DNA of 64,000 nucleotides. It comes from Yuukianura sp. NJ FZ-2021. Taxonomy: Eukaryota. The DNA lies in the NCBI GenBank assembly GCA_046563655.1, contig CM102284.1, forward strand, positions 4,402,001 to 4,466,000. Reading direction: 5' to 3'. The first letter of the stretch is position 1. Each line of letters starts with the position of its first letter. Below are positions 12,650 to 24,140 of the stretch, in pieces. A program made the position numbers and the translations under genes. The notes beneath the pieces were generated by a model that made no database searches, had not been told where the DNA came from, and saw only the letters and a list, made by a program, of their open reading frames with translations.

Positions 12650-15600
12650 CTTGGTCACTACGGAAATATCACAAGAACAAAAAATATTTCAAAATGCAAC
12701 TGAATTTTAATCGATTAGACTAGCCGTTTCTACATGACAGGCTCAACATGTGCACAATCCAGCCAGAACAAACTTATTTACTTGGTAGGATTGAAATGAA
12801 ATGAAACCAAGATAGTTTGACCTTTAGCACCCCCAAAATCTGAAATGAAGCAAGAAAAAAGATATTCGGTGTGCTAGCGTGGTGTGAATAGCAGTCCAAG
12901 GCTAGGGCACGAGGACATGACTTGGATAAAAGTAGACTAAATCTTGGCGTCCATATTATTGTTTACTTTACATTACATATGATGACGAATCATGTTAAAA
13001 GATGATTTCGACTTTAACTTGGCACCGATTAAAACTCAACACAAAATCTTCCATACATTGCTGCTACAAACAGTAAAGTTATTTAGTAATTCGTGTCAGC
13101 AAAAAGTTAACTGCAGCAAACTTTGAAAATTAGAGTCCAACTTACACGAAAGTTTAGTTTGGAAAATCTAAAATGAATACAATTTTTTAAATAGTTTGTT
13201 TACAACTCTGAGTTGAGAAGTTCTTATGTAGGTTAGGTTGACTTTTCAAAATTTTCAAAATTTTAATTTAAGAGCAGCTCACCGCTGAGGCTGGACGGAT
13301 GAACACTGTCGTCAACGCCGTGCTGCAGCAGTGACATCTATGTTTCTGGAGAAGTTGGGGAACAGAAATAAGGAAGTGACCAACTAAGCTTTTCAGTAGA
13401 AGACTATAAGTCACTGATTACTTTAGTAGTTTCAAAGAACTGTTTTCCTATTGTCTCAATTGACGATAAATTGTGGGCAATGTGGCCACTGACACATCAG
13501 AATGAATACTACGACTGACAAATGAAAATTCAAACTGAACAACGTGTGCCATAGACAGATTGTACACGTATACAAAAATGCCCGATGCAAAATACATGCT
13601 CGTACAACGTTATAAAACTTACTATTTAGTAAGTAGCACCGGTTTGCATTGAGCGTCATATCTCATGTGGTTGGACTTTCCCAGACGCAAGTCCAATCTA
13701 TTTCTAAATCAACATTTTCCATGAGTAGCATCTATAAAACTGTGTTACTCGGTCCACTTGCTGTATCAACAGCGTCACTACTACTGAATTACTGATGACT
13801 TGCCAAAACCGCAATACACCAACCGATTGATTTTTTGACGAATTAAGTTTCACGTAAACTGAGTTTTACTTAGAAGCAGAATCAGATTGAGGCCAAAACG
13901 AGCCTCAAATTAATATGTGAGTAGATTGGCAATTTTTTATGATTCAGTTCGAACTCAATTTCTACACTAAAAATTCCATGTCAGTTTCCCAATTTTTTGA
14001 CCTGCAAAGTTAAGTTGCGCCGTAAAATGGAAATACCAATGATGCTAATTAGCGTAACGCTGGCTAACTTAATGGATTTTTCCTTCTTCGGAAATTGGCA
14101 ATGTCTTATGATGCGGGATAACCGACCATGATAGGTAAAACATGAGGAACTAAAAAACTAAATTTCGAAATATCAAAAAGTCCAGTGCCAAAATTCACTG
14201 AAATTTTTTTTTGTGAAATTCTGGAAATAGCACAAAACCTCGTGTTCAAAGGACGTCAGCAACTATAGGAGTAAGCGTCAACCGAGTGAAAGTTATGTGT
14301 GCAGATGAAATGGCTAAGTTGAGACTAGCGATGCACGCAATTTTTGTTTGTGTTTAAGTACTAAATAGTAGGCAATGCCAAATGTCAACACTAAAAGTCA
14401 AAAACTGTCATAATTGTCAATTTAAAGGAATCATGGAAGGTTTTAGATCTAATCTAAATGGAAGCTCAAATGAGGAAATGACCTTTGCCCTTTAGTACTA
14501 TTATGATAGAAGATACAAAGCAGTAAATATTACATAACCTTCGAAAGTGGATGTTTCTTTTACAGCAAAATCATATAGAAATCGATATCATACACCCATA
14601 GAAATATGCACGCTGGAATATTGGATACTCAATTTCATCTGAATATCCAATATTTTAAATGTCAAGTTACCAAAAATAACCATTTTGAATTCGATTGCTC
14701 AGCTTTTACTTTCTATTATAAGAAGTAAAAATTAAACTTAGAAAGTTAAGCGTAGTCAAAACATCAAAAGTTTTGGATTTTGGTTCTCTTATTAAATAAT
14801 TTTGGAAATTTCAACGTGGTCATCCAGCAATGCTTGGTTATGGCACTGACATGCCGATATTTTGAACTGTAGTTAATGAATGTAGTTAACTAAAGTTACT
14901 GTTTTAAAATAAATATGACTTACCGGAAGTATGGAACTTGTAAGTAAATTTTAAAAAGTGAGATCAAAGGTCAACCTTAAAACAGTTTGACCTATTGGCA
15001 AGATTACTATAGATAATCACCGTTCCGTTCACTGTAATTATGTGCACAATACAGTGTCAATGCGGTGCCGTGTCAAACGGTGTGACGGTAGTCCAAAGTA
15101 AACATTTCCAGTGAAGCCTCGGCTTCAGTAGCACTTAAATGTCGATTAGCCCAAGCCAACAATCAAATTAACTTTAAACACTGTGATAAAACACAACGCT
15201 TTTAGCTTTCGCCAATTCAGAACATTCGTGAGATTCGGAATGGTCATAAAGGAGTTGAATTTGACTAAAAAGTTTGACTTGGTGACTCCGTTAAAACAAA
15301 ATAATAAATTAACCTAAGTATTAAACAACTAAAAGTAAAAGTTAATGCAAAATTAACATTGATTTGGGTTAGTTTTGTTATTAAATACTCGAAAGATTAC
15401 AGATGTACTTAGTAAACAGAAGAGAGGTGTTAAGTGCTAAAATGTTAGGCAACGTGCCGTAGGATTTAAATCTCAAATTCCTCCCGGAAACTGACAGATT
15501 ATACAACCGAAACCTCCCACTTGAGACACAACTCAAATTTCAACCTTATGCAAAACATACACTAGATGACACGAATTACTTCAAAATTACTATCGAATTA

Positions 15601-16458
15601 CTGAATTACTCAGTAATTACTTCTGAAATACCTTAATTACAGTAATTCTTACCTGGATTTTCAGGTGTATTGTTAGTTGAAGGTTCACAACATAAATGAA
15701 CTACCACACCTCACTTACACATGACTTTCTCCCCGCTTTCTCTTTAAGTATTTTGGTCCTGTATTTCAGTTATTTTGTAGCAAGAACAAATTCAGCACTG
15801 GAACTAACCCGAATTTTCATTCCAACTCCAGAAAATTTTGGATTTTGGAAACGTATAACACCGTGTGGACCAATCCAAAGTGGAACTGGAGTCAGACCAT
15901 GCTTACTCGCAGTTGCCTCTTGCCTTGCATGCGTATTTGGCTACTTTCGGATTTTTTTAGAGACTCCGGAGAGAAAGCGGGTAGTATCGATCTGTTGATG
16001 GGGTTAGGACACTGCGATACGACGACTCTCCAGGCCTAACCACCTCCTTTTTTTACCGGTTTCCGTCTTACAGGAAACAATTGGAAGGCGACACGGTGTC
16101 TTCCCGAAATAGTAGAATATTCTTTATAGTAACTCAGGTAGGACCAAAAGACAATGTATAAATTTGGAAAGTCAAGTAACTCATTGGTGTAGGTGACAGG
16201 AAGTCAATGAGACACGGCTTTCTCCAACCTACCGTGACGCTCCTGAAACACTAAATTGTGTGTGACCTTTCACTTTTTTTTTCTTTTTTGCTCTTTCTGA
16301 ACGCCAGCTAAAATATTTAATTCATTAACTTTGTTCCAGAATTTTTAAAAGCAGAGAAGATATTTATTTATTTTGAAGCGGCGTTTTACTTGTAGCAACA
16401 AAAATTTCGTTTGGATTTTTGATTTTTCCAAATCCTTGTGCAATATGCAAAAAATATG

Positions 16459-16562
16459 TACTGTTCTGTTCATTTAACAAATTTAAAAAAAGCCAAATTG
16501 CGACAAAGCTTATTCTCCCATGATTTGGCTTTTTTTGCATCTGTTAAATGAACAGAACAGTA
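16459..16562. mobile_element. ~100-bp foldback element (MITE-like) flanked by TA
   Basis: tactgttctgttcatttaaca ... tgttaaatgaacagaacagta is a perfect 21-bp inverted repeat, continued by aaaaaaagccaaat / atttggcttttttt. Confidence 0.65.
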
Positions 16563-17115
16563 AAGTTGCTTTTACTGTCGATTCGGTTTTGTAGCAAAAT
16601 AAAAACTTATTTACTGAAAGATCTATTACAAATTATTATTGGAGCATTAATGTACAAATTAAGTTTCGATATCATCCCGACCAATTCAAATTGATTAGGC
16701 ATTTCTGTTGTGCTAATCACAGGATACTGAAAATAGTAAGTCTTATAAGAATCGAAATGATCAAACGTTACATTAAATCACAAGAGAATTTAATTAGTTA
16801 CGAGGAAATGATTTTTCTTTGTTATGCTTATGATCAATTCGCAGATAGAGTGATTTATAACTTGCACAAAATTCATTAATTACATGTATATTATTACGTG
16901 TTCAAGAGTATCCGTAACTTGAGTGCCAAAAGTTTAGTCAAAAACCCGTTCACTGTGACCGCAAGTGAAATTAACAACTAAAATTAACAACAATAACAAT
17001 AAAATTGAGATAAATGTTGATAATCAACCGAGACTTGGCCAGCATAACTTCCTCATTTTTCAAAAATATTGTATCATTAACTAATTTGATCTTGAGAGTT
17101 GTGAACGCTTAAGGA

Positions 17116-19372
17116 ATGGCTTCGTATGTAGGAGTGTTGTTAAATGCTGCATTATTGAGCATTTCTACGTTAATTCTGGAGGATTACATGATTCACCAGA
17201 ATCTGAAAAATAAGCTTCCAGAATCAGGTGGCGAGTCCTACGACTACATCGTTATTGGAGGAGGTAAATCAAATGCTCAGAAAAAAAAGTTAAAATTAGC
17301 ACAAATTCTTGAAAAGAAAGTTGGATTAATGTGATTACAACTTAGGCACGGCTGGATCAGTGGTTGCTGGTCGACTCGCTGAAAACGGGCGCTTCAAAAT
17401 CCTTGTCTTGGAAGAAGGCGACGTACAACAAGTTACCAACGACATTCCAGCGATGGAAGCTCTGAATGTCTTCCAGCCCACAACACAGTTCAATGTTCAT
17501 ATGATAGTTCCACAGCAGCAAGCCATGCTTGGGTTTCCGAATAACCAAATAAATGTCGTTACCTCAAAAGTTCTTGGCGGTAATGCTGCAATGTTTTGAA
17601 TTTTCAAATCAAATTCTATCAACATTATAACTTTTTGGTTTAAAATTTTAGATTTAATTTGGGATTTGGTTTAAAAATAATGTTGGAACTTTGAATTTCT
17701 AGGTGGATCTACAATGAATGGAATGATGTTTAACCGCGGCGGTTCACAGGACTATGATGGCTGGGCGACTGACTACGGCATTAAAGGATGGTCGTTTGAG
17801 GATGTGCTGCCATTTTTTAGAAAAATGGAAAATCAAACAGATCCAGACTTAATGCGGGACACAGTTTACCATGGGACGAGTGGCCCAATGACCTTGACAA
17901 CTCCAGACATTGGCCAAACTACTGCTCCTTACCGACTCATGTCCGATTCTCTAATTAACGGAGCACAGGAACTGGGTTACTTTCCCACGGACATAAACGG
18001 ACCGAATCAAGTCGGAACAACTAGGATCCAACGTAACGTGCGGAATGGAAAACGACTAACAACTGCAACGGCATACTTGGAATCACAACAGCACAACAGA
18101 AATCTCGTCGTTTTAACCGGCGCACGCGCAAATAAAATTGTCTTCAACGGTAAACAGGCTATTGGAGTCGAGTATCAGCACAAAGGCAGTGACAGAATTG
18201 CCAAGGTCAAATCCAATGGAGAAATCATCGTGTCTGCTGGAGCGCTTAACTCTCCAAAACTCCTCCTACTTTCCGGAGTTGGGCCGCAGAATGACCTTGA
18301 AGAGCTTGGAATTCCAGTAGTCGCTGATCTTCCGGTTGGTCATAACTTGCAAGACCATCCACGCGTAGGCGGCGTAGACTTCGTTGTCAACACTACCATT
18401 TTTTCGCATTGGGAAGATCTACTTACAGTGAGAAACTTGGAACTTTTTTATGTCAACGGCACTGGACCACTAGCGTCTCAGTTCTACTTGCATCAAGCAG
18501 CAGCAATAAATTTCCAAACAAGAGTTCCAAGAGAGGGCGCCACTTTTGGTCCAGCGGATATGCTGATTATTCCGGGACTTCTTCCACCCGGCTTACAGCT
18601 CTACACCGTACTGGAACCGTATCTCAAAACAGAAATTATGGAAAAATACTTTGGACCTTACATTAATCAACCCATGATAAATTTATTTACTTCACTCAAC
18701 TACGTCCGAAGTCGAGGACAAGTTAAGTTGAGGTCAAGGAACCCAAATGACCCACCACTGGTTGATCCAAAGTACTTGACTCATCCAGCAGACGTGGCTC
18801 GACTAATAGATTCATACAAGTTTTCCATGCAACTGGTCACGACAGAAGCGTTTCGGAAAATTGGAGCCTCGGTTTTTGCTTATCCACTGCCAGGATGTGA
18901 GCGGCTTTTCAATTTCAGGAATCCAGCAGACCAGTCGGATGCTTACATTGAATGTAAAATTAGGCATTTGTGTGCCAGTGAATTGCATTTTTGTGGATCA
19001 TGTAAGATGGGGTCACCAAATGACCGTAGTGCTGTGGTTGACCCTAGGCTGAGAGTACTTGGTGGAATCAAGGGCCTCAGAGTAGCTGATGCATCGATTA
19101 CTCCATTTGCACCTACCGGTATTTCAAGCTTTCAAAATTCTGAAACGACTTTTTACAAAATCTTTAGACCGAAGAAAAAACTTTCTCTGGAAATTTTGAA
19201 ATTTGATGCAAAATTTAAACTTGGTTTCTGTTACACAGGAAACACAATGGCCCCGACAATTATGATTGGAGAGAAAGCAGCAGCGATGATTCTGGAAGAT
19301 CGTGGCCAAACACAGACAGTACTTCCAACATTTCCAAGTATTTTCCAAGGTTTTAATTTTTGGTTTAAATGA
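17116..19372 (+). CDS. GMC oxidoreductase (glucose dehydrogenase-like), ~643 aa
   Basis: Exons 17116-17263, 17346-17579, 17703-19118, 19239-19372. YDYIVIGGGTAGSVVAGRLAE (FAD binding), LGGGSTMNGMMFNRG, SAGALNSPKLLLLSGVG, VGHNLQDH, catalytic His (HFCGSCKMG) and Asn (GNTMAP). Confidence 0.93.
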
Positions 19373-19435
19373 ATTGTTAACTAAGTTCAAAACTTACTTC
19401 ACTTAAAATTGAATTTCAATGTTAAAGTATCGTAT

Positions 19436-20554
19436 CTATAGGAATCTGATTTTCATAGGGTCGATAAAATGATCGGTATTATATAAGGTTCGATTTTTTT
19501 TCCAAATCTGCTTATCTTTTTTCCAAATTTTCTTCATCTTTTTTCTAACCAATTTTTCCAACATCTTGGGAGTGCCCGTGTCAAAGTCGACTAGTCTATC
19601 TACCGTGTCAATCTTGAAAACATTCGTTCTAATTTCAGTAATGGTTGAATTTGTTAAAAAGTGGTAAACTCCGCCCTGTTCTTCCGCTTGAGTCTGTTCT
19701 GCGTCCAAACACGGTACAGCTCCGAGTCCATGCGCATGAACTAAAAGCGAACTATTGCCAATGGGGTCATTAATGGTAACATACAAACATCGTTGGAGCT
19801 GGGCTACAAGTGCCGGATCTTCAACCGTGCTGTAATTGGCGGCACATCCAAAAATGAGTGCTTCCATATTTGCAATTTTAAATGGTGGTTGGTCGTAGTA
19901 GCCTCCGTCTTCTATTGTTTCATTGTAAATTGGTGCTTTGGATACAGCAATGCCCTCCATCATGGCAAATTTGACGAGACCATAGTAACAGAATGGATTT
20001 GTGTCCATGGAGTTATAGACGTTAGTGAAAAAGTCAATCAGAGTGTAGGAGTCGTCGGACGGAGACTGTGATTGGTAGGTGGCGACACCATCACCAGCAT
20101 CTCCGTCGACGGCAAAAATGGCAAATGGTGATCTGAACTGTTGACCTCGAACGACCTTGTAGTAGTCTTCACTTGAATTGTCAGTAGAGCGGACATGGGC
20201 AAGACCATTGGCAAAGAATACTTCACCGGAGGCTTCGAGTACACCGACTGTCGCAGCTCCCAAACCTACGTACCCCGTGGCATCTATGAATGTTTCTTCT
20301 GTTTCTGGCGGAACTTGACCTTCCAGAACTACTCGGACGTCACCGTGGATGTAAACTACGCCGCCGCGTTTCTCATTTGGTACGTACGAATACCCCGGCA
20401 ATGTTGGTAAACTTGGAAAATCGGTTTCGTTGTAGCAGTACTGAGCTGTATCGTCATTTTGTGCCGAAACTGAGCCAAGTTCAATTGCGCAAATTAACAG
20501 AGCCAATGCAAGTATTGAGCCAAAACTAATCGAAGCGTTTAGCGAATGGCTCAT
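19436..20554 (-). CDS. Intronless secreted protein (372 aa) with alpha-acetolactate decarboxylase-like (AlsD/BudA) motif series
   Basis: Single ORF from MSHSLNAS; signal peptide (ILALALLICAIELGSVSA-Q); GYVGLG..SGEVFFANG..RST, RSPFAIF, QPPFKIANMEALIFGC, HAH and GGVYH in the same order as AlsD motifs. ORF is secure; family call is by eye. Confidence 0.7.
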   Translation of the reverse strand: MSHSLNASISFGSILALALLICAIELGSVSAQNDDTAQYCYNETDFPSLPTLPGYSYVPNEKRGGVVYIHGDVRVVLEGQVPPETEETFIDATGYVGLGAATVGVLEASGEVFFANGLAHVRSTDNSSEDYYKVVRGQQFRSPFAIFAVDGDAGDGVATYQSQSPSDDSYTLIDFFTNVYNSMDTNPFCYYGLVKFAMMEGIAVSKAPIYNETIEDGGYYDQPPFKIANMEALIFGCAANYSTVEDPALVAQLQRCLYVTINDPIGNSSLLVHAHGLGAVPCLDAEQTQAEEQGGVYHFLTNSTITEIRTNVFKIDTVDRLVDFDTGTPKMLEKLVRKKMKKIWKKDKQIWKKNRTLYNTDHFIDPMKIRFL

Positions 20555-20904
20555 TTTGGAAAATCCCGTTCTGTCAATTGTTTTGGAAAACTGAAAAATT
20601 AATAAATGCTTTGGTACGCTTTCACTTGTGTGTCTCAAAAGCAGTCAATTTTGAGAAAAATGTTTGTGTAGCAGGTGATTACTGTCAAATCAATTACTGT
20701 TCGATAGCAATTGCACAAATGAAGTTGCAGTTTTAAACGGATTTTGTATCTTATCTGGGTGTCCATAATTCTGTGAAAGATTAAGTTTAGCAATGCTTTT
20801 GCAGAACTATGACGGAATTCTTCTAAAATATCAAAATCAGTGACAAAAATTCGTACTAAACTGACAAAGGGTATGATTTAGTTAGAAAAAGAATTGGGTT
20901 ATCT

Positions 20905-21080
20905 CTTATTATGATTATTATTATGATTGTTTATATGAATTATGACTATAGTATTATTATGATTATAGTATATTATTATAGTAAAATACCAAAAATATTA
21001 TGATCATATTATAATTAATATAAAACTTTAATTATCAATTATATAATTAATATAATAATATAATCTAAAATTTATAGATA
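20905..21080. repeat. AT-rich low-complexity tract (degenerate TAT/ATA repeats)
   Basis: ttattatgattattattatgatt...ataattaatataataata visible directly. Confidence 0.75.
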
Positions 21081-21540
21081 TTACTTTTCCTTGTAGAAAA
21101 CTGTAGACTAAATGTATGAGGGAGTAGGGGCGTGGTTTTAATATTTTTTGCTTGAGATAAAGTTAAAATGTAGACAACAATCTTGTTACTTTAAATTTTG
21201 TTAGGAAGTTTGAGCTGTTTCATGGTCATTGCAATTGAAATAAATTGAGCACTTGACATTAATTGTTTCAAATTTTGTTCAAAATCTGTTTTAAACTGAC
21301 CTTGAATTGAGAGGAGTGTTTTTGCCGATTCAAAATTTCTAGACAAGACTCACGCACCGAAACCAAACACACCCTGCAAAAAATATACAAAAAATGGCAA
21401 ATTAAACTTAATTTATATCGCGTCTAAATTCATTTTGGCATGCAACAAACCTTCCCAGTTTCAAATTTTAGTTGAAGCGGTGTAGACGTAACAGAAGCAG
21501 AATTGCAATAACATTAAAAACCGTTTTTTGAAACTAAAAA

Positions 21541-23001
21541 ATGGTTCAAGTAAAATTTCAAACGCTTTTGGTATTGGTTTTATCCATATTTTGTTTACGC
21601 CAAGCTGTGTCCACCACACAGCATGCAAATCGGTCTCACCCAATCAAATTGTCCGAATTGGAAGCTTACATTGAAGAAATGGATAAAACCGATGGATGGA
21701 CAGCAGAATTTGAAAGTCTCCCGCCACCACAGAGGCAGTTGAAGGCATGGACGGAGGCAGCTCGAAAGGAAAATGTGGGGAAACACCGCTACCCGCCGCC
21801 AGACGATAACCTTTTGACCTACGACGAAACTAGAGTCATCCTAACTCGGAATCCGAACGAGCACTATTCGGACTTCATCAATGCAAACTGGGTTGATGGA
21901 GTACTGGAGACTAGGAGATACATTGGCACCCAGTGTCCAATGGCTTCTACTATTGCCGACTTTTACCGAATGGTAAGTGGTTTACTTAATTTTAATTAGT
22001 TCTAACTAATTCTTACATTTTGTTTTACATTTTAATCATATATTAATAAATTAACTATGTCTAAATGGTTGATACTTTAAAAAATATTTTTGAGAATTTT
22101 TTTTCCACTAATTTCCACTAAAATTCCACTAATTTCGAAAATTCATTTTGAAAAGGTTTGGCAGTACAATATCCATCAAGTCGTCATGCTTGCAAATCCG
22201 CACGACATTGAAAAGGTCAGACTCAATGCTAACTTTAAACGGTAATTTTAGTTCGGGCATGCCACTATTGAGGGATTTAGGTTAGGTTATAGCAACGTTA
22301 AAGGTCAAAGTTCACCATTGCCTTAAAAAAGCTGTCTATTTTCAAAAAATTTATTTAGAAAAAGTGCGAAAAATATTTTCCTGACGGAACTGCTACATAC
22401 GGTGAAATAGAAATTGTGCTCCAACGGCACTACGACCTCGGCGACGTCATTGTTCGGATTTATGCGCTGAAGAAGGTATGACCTTTGACCTAAACGTTAC
22501 CAAGTAATGTTAATTCGCGTTACTGAAAACATATTGTAGGGAGCAATCACTCGTGTCTTTGTTCACAACCACTTTGTCTCATGGCCAGACATGGGCGTGC
22601 CCAGCGATCCCAAGAAACTCCTCAACTTGATTCGTCAGTACCGGAGCTCTGACACATACACACGCGCATGGCCACTGCTCGTCCACTGCTCGGCAGGAGT
22701 TGGTCGCACCGGAACATTTCTACTGACAGACGCTATTTTTGAACAGGCCTTGACCCATGACTCGCTGGACTTCCTCAAGCATCTCTGGCACATTCGAAAT
22801 CAACGAATTTCATTGGTGGAGAAATCGGAGCAGTATGCTCTAGCACATCGCGTCGTTCTGCAAGCTTACAAGGAAGGGCTGTTTGACCCCTCCAAAAACC
22901 CATGGCAGGTCAACCCCAACCTATTGAGCCACGGAAGTTCAATGACCTTTGGCTCCCTCAGTCTCTTGCTAACAGCTATGGTTACACTGATTTCCTATTA
23001 A
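21541..23001 (+). CDS. Classical protein tyrosine phosphatase, single domain, with N-terminal signal peptide and hydrophobic C-terminus (~356 aa)
   Basis: Exons 21541-21972, 22156-22215, 22359-22475, 22540-23001 (all phase 0). KHRY, DETRV, DFINANWV, YIGTQCP, DFYRMVW, VVML, KCEKYFP, WPDMGVP, VHCSAGVGRTG, IRNQR, EQY. Confidence 0.92.
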
Positions 23002-24140
23002 AACTTATTTCCTATGCAACTGCTGACATAATCTAGCATTAATCTAACAATAAATGGCGTCTGGTGTAGAATTCCCGCTTTGTTTTAAAAAACAAATCAG
23101 TATTAAAGTTCACGGATAACATATGGAAATTCCAAAATTGTCACCGAAGTGTCAGATTCAAAAAACTGAAAATTTGAAATAAAAAAGCTGACTTTAATTT
23201 TGAAAAGACTAAAAACGTCATGTGTATGTCTGGATGGGGAATGATGACGAGTTAGGTTGTTGGGCATTTACTTGAGCTAAAAGTTTCAAAACGGAAACTT
23301 AAAACTCATTTAATTTTGAAAATTAACAAAATGAGTGATTCCGTCACCATCTATTTCTAAACAATTTTAAATAGCTTTATGTTTCTCACGGTTCTCAAGA
23401 AAATGTGAAAGCTTAACTGTAATTATGAATGATGAAGATGAAACTAATGACGAACTGGATGATTCACTGCATCGGGTACTTTTTCCAGGAAGTTGAAAAG
23501 CGGTAAACACGACAGAAATGCAATTTCGACCTTGGACCTGCCAAATTAAAACGATGGACTTTTTAATTCATTTAAGCGCTGACCTTCAAAATCTGAAAAG
23601 ATTTCTATCAATTGCAACTTTTTGGACAGGTAAATGAATGAAATGAGATTAAAACTCTGATCAAAAACACGAAACTGGAGTGGAAGGGGATGAATTAAAA
23701 ATTGCAAAAATAGAAAAAAATTGTTAAAGTAAACAAAATGGAGTAACCGTATTCGTCACGCCAATTTTTTCAGCCATTTTGAAACATCATAGTTCTGTTT
23801 CCTGTAATTTTTGAAGTGGTGACCACCCACCAACCCTTAAGTGAGTTGTGCTAATTTTGCTATTCCCAGAATTTGCGAATCCTTCCCTCTAATCTCGTCT
23901 GTCACCATTTCGATAACAGAGTTGCAATTATTGACGCGAAGGCATAAAATAAGCTCCTCAGCATCATAACGAAGGATGCGATCTTCAGAAGATCTTTTTC
24001 AAACGAAATTAGAATTTTCTCAAGCCTTTGCCTTTAGTTTAAAATTGTCAGCTAAACAATCCATTTTTAACGAATCAACCCTCCTAACTGTCACACAGGC
24101 AGAACATTTAAATTTTAACCCTGAAAACCATTTAACCAAA

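Larger units (their letters stand above)
225..13750. repeat. Tandem segmental duplication (unit A ~225-5800, unit B ~6530-13750)
   Basis: Non-coding flanks also match: 229-470 vs 6531-6782, 480-575 vs 7276-7380, 5311-5530 vs 12649-12868, 5580-5800 vs 13510-13750. Confidence 0.92.

Noticed and set aside
12868-12930. tRNA/SINE-like head (tagcgtggtgtgaatagc)
   Set aside because: No convincing B box or cloverleaf.
13800-16200. Possible transposon or SINE fragments and ORFs 15696-16039
   Set aside because: No termini, TSD or coding similarity that I can support; only a small 11-bp inverted repeat near 14617-14653.
20555-20638. TTG-initiated extension of the 400-aa ORF
   Set aside because: Eukaryotic context; the ATG at 20554 directly precedes the signal peptide.
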